Source of the DNA: Octopus sinensis
Taxonomy: Eukaryota
DNA: 64,000 bases
Direction of reading: 5' to 3'
Assembly: GCF_006345805.1 (NCBI RefSeq)
Contig: NC_043005.1
Coordinates: forward strand, 34,410,001 to 34,474,000
Shown here in pieces: positions 13,044 to 26,011 of this stretch. Positions within the stretch are counted from its first letter, which is position 1, and every line of letters begins with the position of its first letter. The notes under the pieces were generated by a model. That model ran no database searches, was not told the DNA's origin, and was given only the letters and a program-made list of their open reading frames with translations. Made by a program: the position numbers and the translations under genes.

Positions 13044-13613
13044 ATTTCAAATTTTAGCACCATTCCAGCAATTTTGGGGAAGGCAGTAAATTGATTACAT
13101 CGACCCCAGTACTTAACTGGTACTTATTTTATCAACCTCAAAAAGATGGAAGGCAAAGTCAGCCTCTGGAATTTGAACTCAGAGCATAAAGATGGACGAA
13201 ATGCCGCTAAATATTTTGCCCAGTGTGCTAACGATTCTGCTAGTTTGTCACTTTATGTAATAATAGTAATAATAATCCTTTCTGCTATAGGCACAAGGCC
13301 TAAAATTTTGGGAGAGGGGGCTAGTCAATTAAATCAACCCCAGTGCTCAACTGGTACTTATTTCATTGTCCCCAAAAGGATGAAGGGCAAAGTTGGCCTC
13401 AGTGCACAAGGCGTAAAATTTTGGGAGAGGGGGCTAGTCAATTAAATCAGGCCCAGTGCTCAACTGGTACTTATTTCATTGTCCCCAAAAGGATGAAAGG
13501 CAAAGTTGGCCTCAGCAGAATTTCAACTCAGAACATGGTGATAGACAAAATTCCACTGAAGTCGACTTTGCATTTTGTCTGGCATACTAACAACTCTGCC
13601 AGCTTGCCACCTT
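13044..13613 (-). mobile_element. Two tRNA-derived SINEs ((TTA)n-tailed family); the second has an internal 113-bp duplication
   Basis: Reverse complement of the SINEs at 17249-18098 (head tggcagaat..gagttcaaattc with A/B-box-like motifs). Confidence 0.82.
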
Positions 13614-14549
13614 ATAATGTTCGTCCATCATTGTCAAAGATGACCAAGGACATCACATGGGAGAAGATGGAGCACTGTGTGTCCGGCTCTGACCAATCAG
13701 GCTGATGCATGTCACAGGCCAGGCATCAGTGGTCAGCTGGAAATGAAAACAAGGAGTTGGCTCTGGACTTGCACAGCTCATGTTTTCTTTGTGCTCTTGC
13801 AACTCTGTCTTGCAGGGAGAAAGACAAGTATAGTGTATGGGGAAAGTGAGTGACGTATTGTTGAAATAATTTTATAGGGTGTGAGGTCCCTTTAGTCCCA
13901 TTTGGCCAAGATCTATTCAACCTATCTAGAGTTAATGCTATGAAATATGCACTCAGTATGCTCTTGATAGTGGCTGGAGATAGAAAATGCATCCAACTGT
14001 AGAAGTTTGGCCAAATGAGACAGACAAGCACCAGTCTGTAAGATCAGTGACTCTCAATATGAAATGATTCAAACTATAATACATCAGGCGCAGGCATTGC
14101 AACCAAATGTGTGAAACATGGTGATCTTATATCAAGATAAAAACACATGACCTTGCAGGTGGGGCCCTGTTAGAATTTTCTTCAGGTTGAGTAGCCCATC
14201 CTGCTCAAAGGCTTGTTTAAGGATGATGAACAAAACACCCATGTTTCCACAGGTGAATTATTCAAACCCCAAAGAATTCTTCACAGCACATAGCTATGAT
14301 GCTCCCCCACTACTTCTGCTCATGATCAGAGATGCACATATCATCAGCCACCAAGAGACATGCTCAACTGGTTACGGTCAAACAACTGACAAGCAAATCT
14401 GTGGTATTGAGTCGAATATTTACTGTAGCCCATCTTTTATACCAAGGCAAAACAATATACATGATAACACTTCCAGTCAGTCAAGATGAGAAACCATGAA
14501 AGCCACTGTCTGGTATTTCATCAGGGCATACTACAACTACTACTACTAC

Positions 14550-15210
14550 TTGATGAATTCTCTCAGTTTATTTTGCTGAGTGTGATGTAAAGAGTTGGGT
14601 GTCCACAGCCAGCAGACTAATGTGACTCTTGTTTAGTGGTCATGCTTTAAGAACCATGTGAAGAATTCTTGCAGTGCCAAACAATGCTGATTTTTGTAGG
14701 TGTTGGTAGTTGAGTGTTGATACTTCTAAGTGTGTCAATTACTATTGGTATCATGTATACTCTCCTCGTTGACCACAACCTTTGTATTTCCCACTTCAAA
14801 TCATTGTAGTTGTTAAGTTTTTCTTTCTCTTTGATCCTGTTGTCACCAAGACATGCTATGTCAATTATCATGCATGTCTTTTTATTTTTTCACCACACCA
14901 ACGTCTGGTTTTTGATGTCTGGTCAAGTGATTGCACTGAATCATTGCATCCCACAGAATTTTGCAGTTTTCATTCTTGGTGACTCCATCTACAGTTTGCT
15001 CAAACCATGTCTTTGCTCTTGTAGGCTGTGATTTCCTCAGAGCTCCCAATGACTCATTCTTGCCACATTGTCATGTATTTTGTATTCGTGTTGTGCCAAT
15101 TTGAGGCATTTGCTAATGCTGTGCTTTACCATTTTTACCCCTCTCACCACACATCCCACATTTGTTGCTCTCAGTAGTGTTGTTGATTCTGCACTTCACA
15201 TAGTTACTCC
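14550..15210 (-). mobile_element. R4/Dong-like non-LTR retrotransposon, 3' fragment (RLE endonuclease)
   Basis: ORF 14647-14871 reads IIDIACLGD..KLNNYNDLKWEIQRLW..IPIVI, the C-terminus of a restriction-like endonuclease. Confidence 0.78.
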
Positions 15211-15374
15211 TTAGTACTTGTTCCTGTTTAAATTATTCAAACCCCAAAGAATTCCTCTCAACACTTGGCTAAGATGCTTCCCTGCTACAAAATATGTACA
15301 TGGTAATACTTCTAATCAGTTAAGATTAAAAGCCATGAGAGTCATTGCCTGGTACTGCTTCAGGGCACTCCTCC

Positions 15375-17198
15375 ATTTATTTATTCATTCTTTTTATCTC
15401 AGGTTTTGTTGTAACTCCTGGAGTCTTGCATACGTAGTGGGTTTGAAGCCTGCAGCATATGGTACCATGCTATCTTTTCTTTTCAACTATTTAGTACTTT
15501 CCTGATTATTCTGGCTATGCCAAACTTTTTGTAACAGTTATACTAGACACTCTATTCTGATTTCTTTTAAATTCCTCTCGATGCCTTTTGATATTGTCCC
15601 TAAGGAAGCAACAATAATTGGCACTATCATCATTTTCCATAGCTGGGCTATTTTGTATTTATGATGGGGATTGCATATATCTATTTTTACACCTTTCTTC
15701 CTGACTATTCATGGGTCAAAGGGGCATTTAACATCAACTATATAGCACATGTGGTGCATCTTGTCCACCACCACTAGGTCTGGTCTCTTATGCTCTAGCA
15801 CCCAATCTGTTTGGATTGGAAAATCCCAGAGGATTTTGCAGATCTCCGACTCTGCCACTCTCTGCAGTTTGTGCTCATACCATGTCTTGCTTCTGTCTAA
15901 CCACTTTTTGCTCAGTTTCCAATGTAGCACTTTCGCTACCTCATCATGTTGCCACAGCTTGCAGTGGTTTGGAGCAAGCCTAGGGCATTTGTTCACAACA
16001 TGAGCAATGGTTTTGTCCATTCTATTACACATGTGGTACAGTGGAGACACTTTCTCATTCCTAATGTTGACCCTCCAATTCATAGCCAATGCTTGGTCCT
16101 GTGCTGCCAGTATCGTGCTCTCAGGTTTTGTTTTTTTTCAGTGTTCCTTTCTTCAGCAGATACCTTGCTGTCAATTCAGTTCTCCAACATTTCATACTGT
16201 TCCATGTAAGGCTTTTCATGTTTTCTGTTTCTCCATACATTTGCATCGTTCTTGTTATCCAATAGTGTGGTATCATATCCTATGCTTTACAATAGTCAAT
16301 CCATGCCGTCTCAGGTTTGTGTGTCTTCTCTTGCTGTTTCTGATATTTAGATTATCAATTAACAGATCATCTTTTGTTCCCTGGCTTCTCTTTCAGCACC
16401 CTTTCTATTCAATAAGTAGCAGCCCACTTTTTTCTAAGTATCTATACAGTTCACCAGCCAAAGCAACTGATAATAGTTTCCACATTAATGAAATACATGT
16501 TATTGGTTGAAAGTTGGATGCAATATTACCCTTTTCAGGATCCTTGGCACATAACAATGTCTTACCTTTTGCCAGCCAGTGCCTTCTTTCAAGCTCTCAT
16601 CTAGCTGTTGCACTATTCTTTCATGGAGCCCTCTTGGCTTCTTCATCCAATAACCTTGGATCCCATCCTGTCCTGGCTTTTCCAATTTGGGAGTTTCCTT
16701 AACTGCTTTTTCATAATTTCTGTAGTTATTTTTACGTTGTTTTGGTCTTCTATATTTCTTAATCTATCTTGGATTTCATACAACCACTTCACTTCATCAT
16801 TATGCTTTACAATTTGGTCCCTGGTTCCTCCCCAGAATGCCCTGCTTTCATCTGCATCTGGTATCATTGCTACTTGTAATTATTCATCTAGTTTCTGAAA
16901 CAGTTTTTTTCTGATTTGCTTCAAACAATCTGTTCAGCCTGAATTGTTTTGATCTATTGTCATATCTTACCAGCCTTGTCTTCATTGTTACTACTCTTTG
17001 TTTCAATTCTTCCAATATCACATCATACCCTTTATCTCTTATTCCATATGTCTTTTACTGTGTTATTCTTATGCTTTTGTTCTGCAATTCCCCTCTTTTC
17101 AGTCTACTAACTTGCCCTAAATGTCTTTTTAAATTTGTTTCTCACTAATTCATCTATGCCAGTATGGTTCTTTACATTCTGTTTTTTCTCTTCTTTTG
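15375..17198 (-). mobile_element. R4/Dong-like non-LTR retrotransposon, internally deleted
   Basis: Pre-RT (KQLRKLPNWK, QDGIQGYW), start of RT (AWIDY..DMIPH.WI), degenerate CCHC knuckle and RPDLVVVD RLE motif. Confidence 0.82.
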
Positions 17199-17208
17199 TA
17201 TCCTTCTC

Positions 17209-17248
<40 letters not shown>

Positions 17249-17250
<2 letters not shown>

Positions 17251-17453
17251 GGCAGAATCATTAGCATGCTAGACAAAGTCCTTGGTGATATTTCGCCTGT
17301 CCTTACATTCTGAGTTCAAATTCTGCCGATGTCAACTTTACCTTTCATCCTTTCAGGGTTGATAAATTAAGTACCAGTGAAACACTGGGGTCGATGTAAT
17401 CAACTAGTTCCCCCCCCAAAAAAATTTCAAGCCTTGTGCCTATAGTAGAAAGG

Positions 17454-17495
<42 letters not shown>

Positions 17496-18098
17496 GTTGC
17501 AAGCTAGAAGAATCACTAGCACACTGGAGAAAATGCTTAGCAAGATTTCATCTATCTTTATGTTTTCAGTTCAAATTCCACTGAGGTCAACTTTCCTTTT
17601 CATCCTTTTGGGGATTGATGAATAAGTACCAGTTGAGTACTGGGCTCAATGTAATCAACTAGCCAACTTACCCCAAAAATCAGCCCTTGTGCCTATAGTA
17701 AAATGGATTATTATTATTGTTATTATTATTATTATTATTTACTTTTAATCTGCGTATTTGTTACAATCACTTACTGAGGCACACCCAGTGCCCTAGGGGG
17801 AGTGAAGGATAAGAGATGTTACAGTATGACTGAAAGCTTGGGGAGGAGAAGTGGCAGGGGCAGTAACGAAATATCTTCATGTATTATTATTATTATTTTA
17901 CTCCAACCTAGCAGAATCATTAGCATGCCTGGCAAAATGCTTCACGTATTTCATCTGTCACCACATTCTGAGTTCAAATTCCACCAAGGTTAACTTTGCC
18001 TGTGATCATCCTTTCAGTACCAGTTGAGTACTGGGGTCAATGTAATCGACTATCCCCCTCTCCCAAATTTCAGGCCTTGTGCCTATAGTAGAAAGGAT
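17249..18098 (+). mobile_element. Three tandem tRNA-derived SINEs separated by (TTA)n
   Basis: Copies at about 17249-17456, 17495-17708 and 17908-18098. Each has a B-box-like gttcaaattc and ends ttgtgcctatagta(g/a)aa..gga(tta)n. Confidence 0.88.
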
Positions 18099-18764
18099 TA
18101 TTATTATTATTATTATTATAATACTCTAATATGATAAAAATGTAACAATGTCTCTGTGTTTTTAATGGTTAATGACTCTGCAATTGTTCTATTGTTTCTA
18201 TATTTAATTTTTCAACTTGTTTAATATCATTGCTTGCTCTTTGGGTGCTGTTGATGGAGTCCCCCCTGATGAAAGCATTTGGGACAGTCTCCAGTTTGCG
18301 ATTAATTTCCTCCCACTAATTTTGTGTTTTCTGAAAAGGGTCAGGAGTGCTGTCCTTCCCTTTTAAAAATAATTTTTTATCTATTTTTTGTAAATTTTAA
18401 ATATGGTAAAATTCTTATCTAGTTTATTGAATTTGTTTTTTTTTTTATTTATATTTTAAGAACTCATTATTTTCCTTTCCATAAGATGTAACAGAATAAG
18501 AAGCACAACAAAATTATATTTTTCATTTCTTTCTTTATTTTCATTTTTTTTTTCTGAATAAAATTCTGTTGCAAATCATTTATTTTTTTTAATTGGTGAA
18601 ATGTTCCTGTTTGTAGAACATTAACAAATGGGTTTTTCTAAGCTTTTAAGTTTACATTTACTTTTGTCATTATTATTATATGCTATTATTATATTTTCAA
18701 AGTTATTATAAACAATATCTTTAATTCATTCTTTTTAACATGAAAATTTCTTCTCTATTTTCAG

Positions 18765-18818
18765 AGATATTTCTTTTTAGATAAAGGAATTTTAGTTTAT
18801 GCTAAATCTCCAAATGAA
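18765..18818 (+). CDS. OSBPL6: OSBP-related protein (ORP3/6/7 subfamily), PH-domain exon, 54 nt, phase 0/0
   Basis: Acceptor ttctctattttcag, donor gtaagt. Translates RYFFLDKGILVYAKSPNE, recognisable as the ORP6 PH segment RFFVLDNGMLKYSKAPLD (recalled). The symbol marks the closest subfamily member, not proven orthology. Confidence 0.9.
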
Positions 18819-19088
18819 GTAAGTACCTTCTCTTATTTCATCACTTACATTATTAGATATAGTAAAAACATTTACATGTTCTAATGTAACTTTTATTAAA
18901 AATATCTGCAGTTTCTCATTTAATTGTTGTAATTGTTTAGTGTAATGATTTTACATAAAAACACTCATTTGAAAATTCTAATAATTATTATAATATTGTA
19001 TATTGAAACTGGTTAGAACATACTAAACCATAACATTTAGAATTTATTCCATTTTATTAGCAAACTAATTATTAAACTAGCCCTAAAT

Positions 19089-19690
19089 CATCATCATCAT
19101 CATTTAACGTCTGTTTTCTGCACTAGCATGGGTTGGACAGTTTGACTGATAACTGGTAAGCCAGGGAGCTGCTCCAGGTTCTGATCTGATTTGGCAAGGC
19201 TTCTACAGTTGGATGCCATTTCTAATGCCAACCACTCCATGAGTGTAGTGGGTGTTTTTTACATGTCACTGGCACAAGTGCCAGAGACCTGACACCAGCA
19301 TCGGCCATGACTATGGTCTCACATGATTTGATAGGTCTATATAAGCACTGTATATCACCAGAGGGCTTGGTTACCTGTCACTGCCTCCATGAGGCCCACC
19401 ACTTGAATGGTGCTTTTTACATGCCACTGGCATGGGTGCCAGTCAGACAGCACTGGCATTGACCACATTTCACTTGACTCAACAGGTCTTTAGAAGCGCA
19501 GCATATTACCCAATGTTTGAAGGGTGCTTTTAATAGGTCAGTTATGCAACACTGGCATCGGCCATGGCTACAATCTCACTTGACTTGATGAGTCTTTTCA
19601 AGCACAGCATATCGCCAAAGGTCTCAGTCACTTGTCATTGTCTCCATGAGGCCCAACAGCTGGAGATTGTACTTCACCACCTTGTCCCAT
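19089..19690 (-). mobile_element. Old RTE 3' fragment with triplicated ORF end
   Basis: Reverse complement of the tail at 1201-1371 and of the ORF end (WDKVVK..LGL..MTSD). Confidence 0.82.
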
Positions 19691-21803
19691 GATGATGATA
19701 TTCACAATTATCTTCATTCTGAGCTCTATTAATTAAACACCTACTTAATTTATTACTATTCACTTTAGTTTGCTACTCCATTCATATTCTGTTTATTTTT
19801 TACACAAATTTTGATAACAACTATTGAAAAAAATGAGTGAAATGACTTCAGATTGTGTAGGATAATTTTTAATCTATGAGATTTAATATGCGATATAATG
19901 TTCACTTCATCAGAGTAATTATGTTTTATATCTACTTCTGCAATTATATCAGTATCCTTGTTGTCAAACTAATGAGTTTTCTTGTTTGACACATATTCTG
20001 CAATACAACAAAACTATTTTATTATACTAAACTGTTAAACAATTTGTCTGTTGCATCAATTGTAACTCGGAACTACATTTCAATTCAGTCTTTTTTTTTT
20101 TGTTACTGCATGGAAATTTAGTTGAAGTTTAAGAGCAATTGAACTAAGCTCATTTGATTTCTTTAAAATTCATGTGAATGCTGTTTATGTTTTCCAAAAC
20201 ATTGTTGTGTTGAATAATATATCTACTTTTGGGTCTCTTGCCTATTACATTATATTGCTGTTAACTCTCCATCTACTACCCCCTTCCTCTCTTATCTATC
20301 ATTCTCTCTTCTATTCACTATATCACACTGCCTTTGTAATAAGCAATAATATTAGAACTGTCTATATTAATTCACTCCCACTTTTACCTTTTATCACACT
20401 ACTCTTTTCCATCACAACACCTCTGTAATGAGGGGTAGCATTGTAACTGCCTGCATCCAATACCCACTATCATCTACTTTCTTCACTGCAAGCCATCATA
20501 CCACCCCATATCACCCTTCATCCACCTCTTACCTATTTCTAAGGCTATACATCTCTCTCTCTCTCACTTCCTCTCTCTTTTCCCCTCTCTTCCTCTCTCT
20601 TTCTCTCTCTCTTCTTCTCTCTTTTCCTCTCCATCTGTCTGTCTCTCTCTCCCCCTCTCTCTACATTGCTTGTCTTTATTGCCACTCTTCATTTACTCCA
20701 CTAAATGGAACCAAAATCACCAAACCAACTCATATCAAAATGAAAGTAAACATATGATGATGATGATGGTGATGGTATTTTCTTCTAACACTTATATTCA
20801 AAACAATAAATCACCACACACACAAACGCACAAACAAACAAAAAGGAATACATTGTAAATAACGGACAGAGTCAAGACTATTGAAAAGGTTGCAAGACAC
20901 AATGAAAATTTTAGGAAAATAAAAATAAGAACTAAGTGGAAATTTTATAGGTGAGTGTGTTAAATTATAAGGCACAAAAAGAAAATGACTCTCCCCAGAC
21001 ACAACAGAATATGCTTCAACACACGAACTCATATAAAGAATCTTCCAAACCAAATCCAAAAACAAAATATATCACCAGTTATTGAAGTCCATTATGCTCT
21101 TGTAACATTGTCCTCTCTTGCTATTTATCTCTCACCCTCTCTTACAATAACCCATCTTTATAACCATCTTTCCAACTTTCTCTATCCTGTCTCCTCCTAG
21201 CATGCAACTTTTATCACTATCTTTCTTCCATTACTCCCACCCCTAATACCACCTCATTCCTATTATTCTGCTGCCTTCTCATTCTCACACTTATACTGTC
21301 TCTTCCATTCACCTTCTTCCTGTTGCTCTGTCTCTCCCATCATAGTCTTCTATTCACCCTCTTGGTCATGTTGCTTTGAATGAACAGAATAATAAGAACT
21401 ATTTAGTCTTACACAGGACAAGGCAACTTCACTTATGTTAATTCCTCAATAAAATGCATTCAGTATACTCTATAAAGTGTTTGGTAAATGAATGGAGACA
21501 ACATAAAGTTGAGAACTTTTTAATCTTGCTGAGGACATGACATCTTTTAGTGCTGCTGTCACAAGAAACTACACCCACTGTCCTCTGTATAGTAGTTGGT
21601 GTTAGGAAGGACATTCAGATATAGCAGCCCTGCCAAAATGGAATTTACAAGAAAGGTGACCCATTTAGGAGAGCTATAACTCTGAATAAAATTTGACTTG
21701 GATCATGATTACCTGTCCATCCCATGTCAACTAGAAAATGGACAAGGGGTGGTAGCATTTTAACTATCATTGTTGTTATTTTTGTTTTGTACTCCACTTT
21801 CAG

Positions 21804-21917
21804 ATTCAAAAAGGTAAATATCATGGCGTTATCGACATTGGGTTATCAGTCCTTTGTTTTAAGAGATGCCAACGCAGGATAGATATAGATGCTGAAGAGC
21901 TGGTGCATCATGTGAAA
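21804..21917 (+). CDS. OSBPL6: OSBPL6-like PH-domain exon, 114 nt, phase 0/0
   Basis: Acceptor ccactttcag, donor gtaagt. Translates IQKGKYHGVIDIGLSVLCFKRCQRRIDIDAEELVHHVK, matching ORP6 [38 protein letters not shown] (recalled). Confidence 0.93.
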
Positions 21918-22390
21918 GTAAGTATTATCTGAGATGTTTACTATTTACATAAAGGTTAGAAGTAGTGCTAAATTTCCACCATCCCCACAGACTTCAAGTT
22001 GTAATTATAACTATGTTGTGGAACTTATCTACTACTCTACATTTACTGTACTATTCATTCAATTCTTCACCTCATGGTTACATTTATTGCACTTATGCTC
22101 TAATAGTTTTTGTTCCTCAAAATACATTGCAATAATCTAAAAGAAAAGTATTCAAGATATCATCACTCTGTACTCTGTCAATATGTTGACATATAGTTTC
22201 TATTTCTTTTAGCCATTTATAACCCTTGTAATTACTTGTCCCACCAACCACAAACATCTTGTGACATAAACAGAACAATTCAACACCACTTGAAGAACAC
22301 TATCTCTCCCTTCCACCACCATGTACTAATATACAAATCTCTCTCTCTCACACATACACAGATGATCAAAATACCTGTTATATTAATAAC

Positions 22391-22945
22391 TATTGGGTTG
22401 ACAAGAAAATAATTTCAGTTTTTTAGTGTGAAATAAAAGTCTTTTTTCTTCATACAAAGAATGAATTTTAATCAATTGTAGATTTTTCATTTTGTTCAAT
22501 AACCTTTTGCCATCTTTCTGGCAACTTCATAATCCCATGCTCATAGAACTTCTGGTCCTTATCAGCCAAAAGTTGAAGCAAGTGCAATTTTAGGTCATCA
22601 TTATTATTGAACGTTTTAACCATTCAAAGAATTTTGCAAACTTTGAAATAAATTGTAATCTGATGGTGCAAGATTAGGGCTATATGGGGGTGTGACATCG
22701 CTTTCCAACCAAGCTCCAATAATTTTCACAAGTTAGCAAAGATGTAGTCTAGCATTGTCATGATCGAACATGATTCTTTTACAATTTGCTAATTCTGGCT
22801 GTTTTCCTTTGATTGCTTTCTCCAGTTTCATTAGTTGTTGACAGTAAACATCTGAATTGATCATTTGGTTCCTTGGAAGCAGCTCAAAATGCACAACACC
22901 TTTGTAATCCCACCAAATTGACAGCATGACCTTTTTTTATGCAAT
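22391..22945 (-). mobile_element. Mariner transposon, truncated remnant
   Basis: TA plus TIR-like ttgggttgacaagaaaataa at 22391. ORF has IWWDYKGVVHFELL..HDNAR. Confidence 0.85.
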
Positions 22946-25433
22946 TCTGAGGAACTAGTTTCAAGTTAAAGAACTGATACTCACTGAAAAATGTATATTA
23001 ACTTTTTTGAACAGAACCTGTATAACTTTATAGTTTGTGAAATATTAGTTGCTAACTGAATCTCTAAATGATTATTTTAAAATAATTATTCTTGATGAAT
23101 TCCTACTTGCTGTGTATTATGTATTTTTGGATGGAAAGAGTTTAAAAACACCTTATATAATTTGTGCATATTTATAATATGAACCAAATTTAATAAAATC
23201 TTGTTGCTAAATAATATTTTAACTCTGATTTTGTTTACTTAAACACCTTTAAATTAATTTCCTATTCAAATAATTACTATGAATTTTTGAGGAAATTTAA
23301 TGCTTTTAAAACCTTCTAAACATTCAAGTTCACAAAGGAATTTTAAATACAACAATTATGAATCAGGGATTTATGGATTTTTTTTTACTTTATAGGAAAG
23401 TCTATGAGTTTGCATGCTGTCATTAAATTTGTTTCAACTTTAATATATCAGACTCATTATCTGTTATAGCTTATATTTTTGAAGTTATTAAACAATATAC
23501 TTTTATCCTTTAATCCTATTCCTATAATTATTTCTCATCACACAATATATTCTGGCTCTAATGCCTTTCTTGTTTTCTGTGAAGGAATTTCACTTTATCA
23601 TTAATCATTCAATAAAGGCTGAGTTGTATAATGCTGAGATTAATGAACAAAGATATTTAATTATTATTTGATAAACCCAATCAACTAAACTATATGAGCT
23701 GTTTCTTTGCTGCTGAGCTACTTATGTGTATATATCATAGTTAGTCAATAAATTGTACTAATACCTTTATGAGATTACATAAGATCTATGAACTCTAGCC
23801 ATGACAGAAGCAAAAAAAAATTGTCATTTTATTCTCAATATATTATATCTACAATAGGATTAATCTATAACTTTATAAATGTAGTGATTTATTTTATTCT
23901 TAATGCTAAATGATTTTTACGACTGCTGTTTACTTTATTATTTTTTTTTCTTCTTTAAATATATTGTTTGAAACATTTTCTTAGAAATTTTAATTGTTGT
24001 TTTACCAACAAAAGTGTGATTTAAATCACTCAGTCATTTCATAACCATTATGACTTCTGGAAAGCAATATTTATTATTAAGCTCATTTTACCCATTATAC
24101 ACTACTAGCACCTAGCCAAAAAAAACTTTATGAACAATTTATCTCAATATCAACAAAGTTTTAATCATACTGCTCTTATAAATTTCTGTACACAATTTCT
24201 CTTATATCAACAACATTTATATTGCTTGTTTGACCCCTAGAAATGTTGACAATGCTCTTTCTAATTCTCATCTCTTAAGAAAATTCACCAAAGGTCCACC
24301 TTCTAACTTCAATCTGTTATCTGCACTTTCAACCAATAAGGATCACTTATAAATCTTCCAGTGTTGCTGATCTATCTAGCAGATATTGAAAGATGAATTT
24401 CTAACCTTTGTTATGGTGAATGACACGGAGACTTTCTTGCTGTTACAAATTTTTCATATAAAGGATAACTGAAACAATTTTTCCCAAACTCCCCATATAC
24501 ATTCATTAACATATTCAGAACTGCGTTGTAAAATTTTGACAAAAAATATCACTTGCCATGGCTGACATGAGATCATTCTACTCTATCATCCATTATGGTA
24601 TAATCGTGTCAACTTAACTATATTTACCTAGTTTCAGTCATCTGACATTGACAATATTCATTCTTTTACTCTTTCATCCAGTTCAGTCTTTTGTCTCCTT
24701 CTTTACTGAAATACTCTCTGGTCATTAACACTCTATCAATTCAACACTATTTTCAGTTAAAGGTTGTTATTTTGTTAACAAATTCACATTGAGCAAATTA
24801 TTGTTTCACCTGTTAGCACTGACAGCCAATTTTCCTTCAGATCATACCCGAAAGTCTTACAAAAAAAGAAGAGCAGATTGAATAATGTAATCTTGGATAT
24901 ATAAAACAGATGGTTATGGCTGAAGAGCTTTTAGTCTTATGTCAGCTTGATCAGGACTAATTTAGAACTAAACAACAACAGCATGCATAGTACTTTCTTT
25001 TAAGAAATGGAACATGTGAAATTCACAACTGGTGCCTGTATATTAAGGTACAGACAACTAACACATTAGATTGAGCACAATAAACCCTGTAAATCTTGTG
25101 AAGTTATTGTAGCTGGCATAGTTAGGTTTGTTATGTTAATATACATGTGTGTGTATGTGTGTGTGTGTGGTGTGTGTGTGTGTATGCATGTGTGCATGTG
25201 CATGTATGAACATAGTAGTCTTAATGAAGATGCAATAATTTACAACTTGAACTGAAGCATATACCTCTTGATAACCAGTACACCATAAAAATGCTATCTG
25301 TCTTTAATTTTGTCTATAAATTCCAGAAGTTTATATCAAAGAGCCTTTATTCAGAACTCAATATCTTCCTCTTAAAGCTTCTACATGCATACATATGTAG
25401 TTTATATATGATTTTTGCTTTTTATTCTGCCAG

Positions 25434-25584
25434 GTGAAAGATCCTCAGCTGTTTGAAGAATGGCTTTCAAGATTAACACATCACCGACTATATCGCCAAC
25501 ATGAAATAACCTATGGGACTAAAGATCAACCAAGGTTGACTGAATTAGCTTCTCCAACTGAAGAAATTACATCACTTCCTACAA
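25434..25584 (+). CDS. OSBPL6: OSBPL6-like exon, end of PH domain, 151 nt, phase 0/1
   Basis: Acceptor ttattctgccag, donor gtaaag. Translates VKDPQLFEEWLSRLTHHRLYRQHEITYGTKDQPRLTELASPTEEITSLPT; W..LxHHRLYRQxEI is typical of ORP3/6/7. Confidence 0.92.
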
Positions 25585-26011
25585 GTAAAGGAATTATTTC
25601 TAAATTTGCTTTCCTTTAATTTGATAATGACTGTTCATTAGTGCTTATTTTATAGATGAAATATTATAAATTTATTTCTTACCTCTTTTTGCTTAAGATT
25701 AAATCAGTCTTGTAATAAAGATTAGAAATTTAATATTTCTACAGTAGCAATTAAATATTTCCCAATAAATTTCATAGTACAGGAATTTGGCTCCTCCTTC
25801 TTCATGGTTTCAGCTGCTGCAGAATTACTAAAAGGTGTCCCACTGAAAAACTAACTTATCTATGATGGATTTATAATGTAGTCTCAGGTCTTGAAATCAC
25901 TGTTTTAAAATTTATTCTTAAAAAATCAGATAAAAGAGAATGTCATAATCTAATACTTCCGAAGAAATTATCTTTCAATTTATTTAGACTGTATCCTTTC
26001 ATTTCTTTCTT

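Noticed and set aside
17249-17330. tRNA-like A/B boxes in SINE heads
   Set aside because: No cloverleaf, and they are part of dispersed repeats, so not tRNA genes.
18250-18300. ctgatga flanked by ggag/ctcc, possible decayed Penelope hammerhead
   Set aside because: The GAAA core is absent; at most a dead remnant.
1-18764. Search for the upstream KRKWPLKGWHK exon, and (beyond 37 kb) the FFAT and OSBP-domain exons
   Set aside because: Not found by eye; presumed outside the window, though a miss cannot be excluded.
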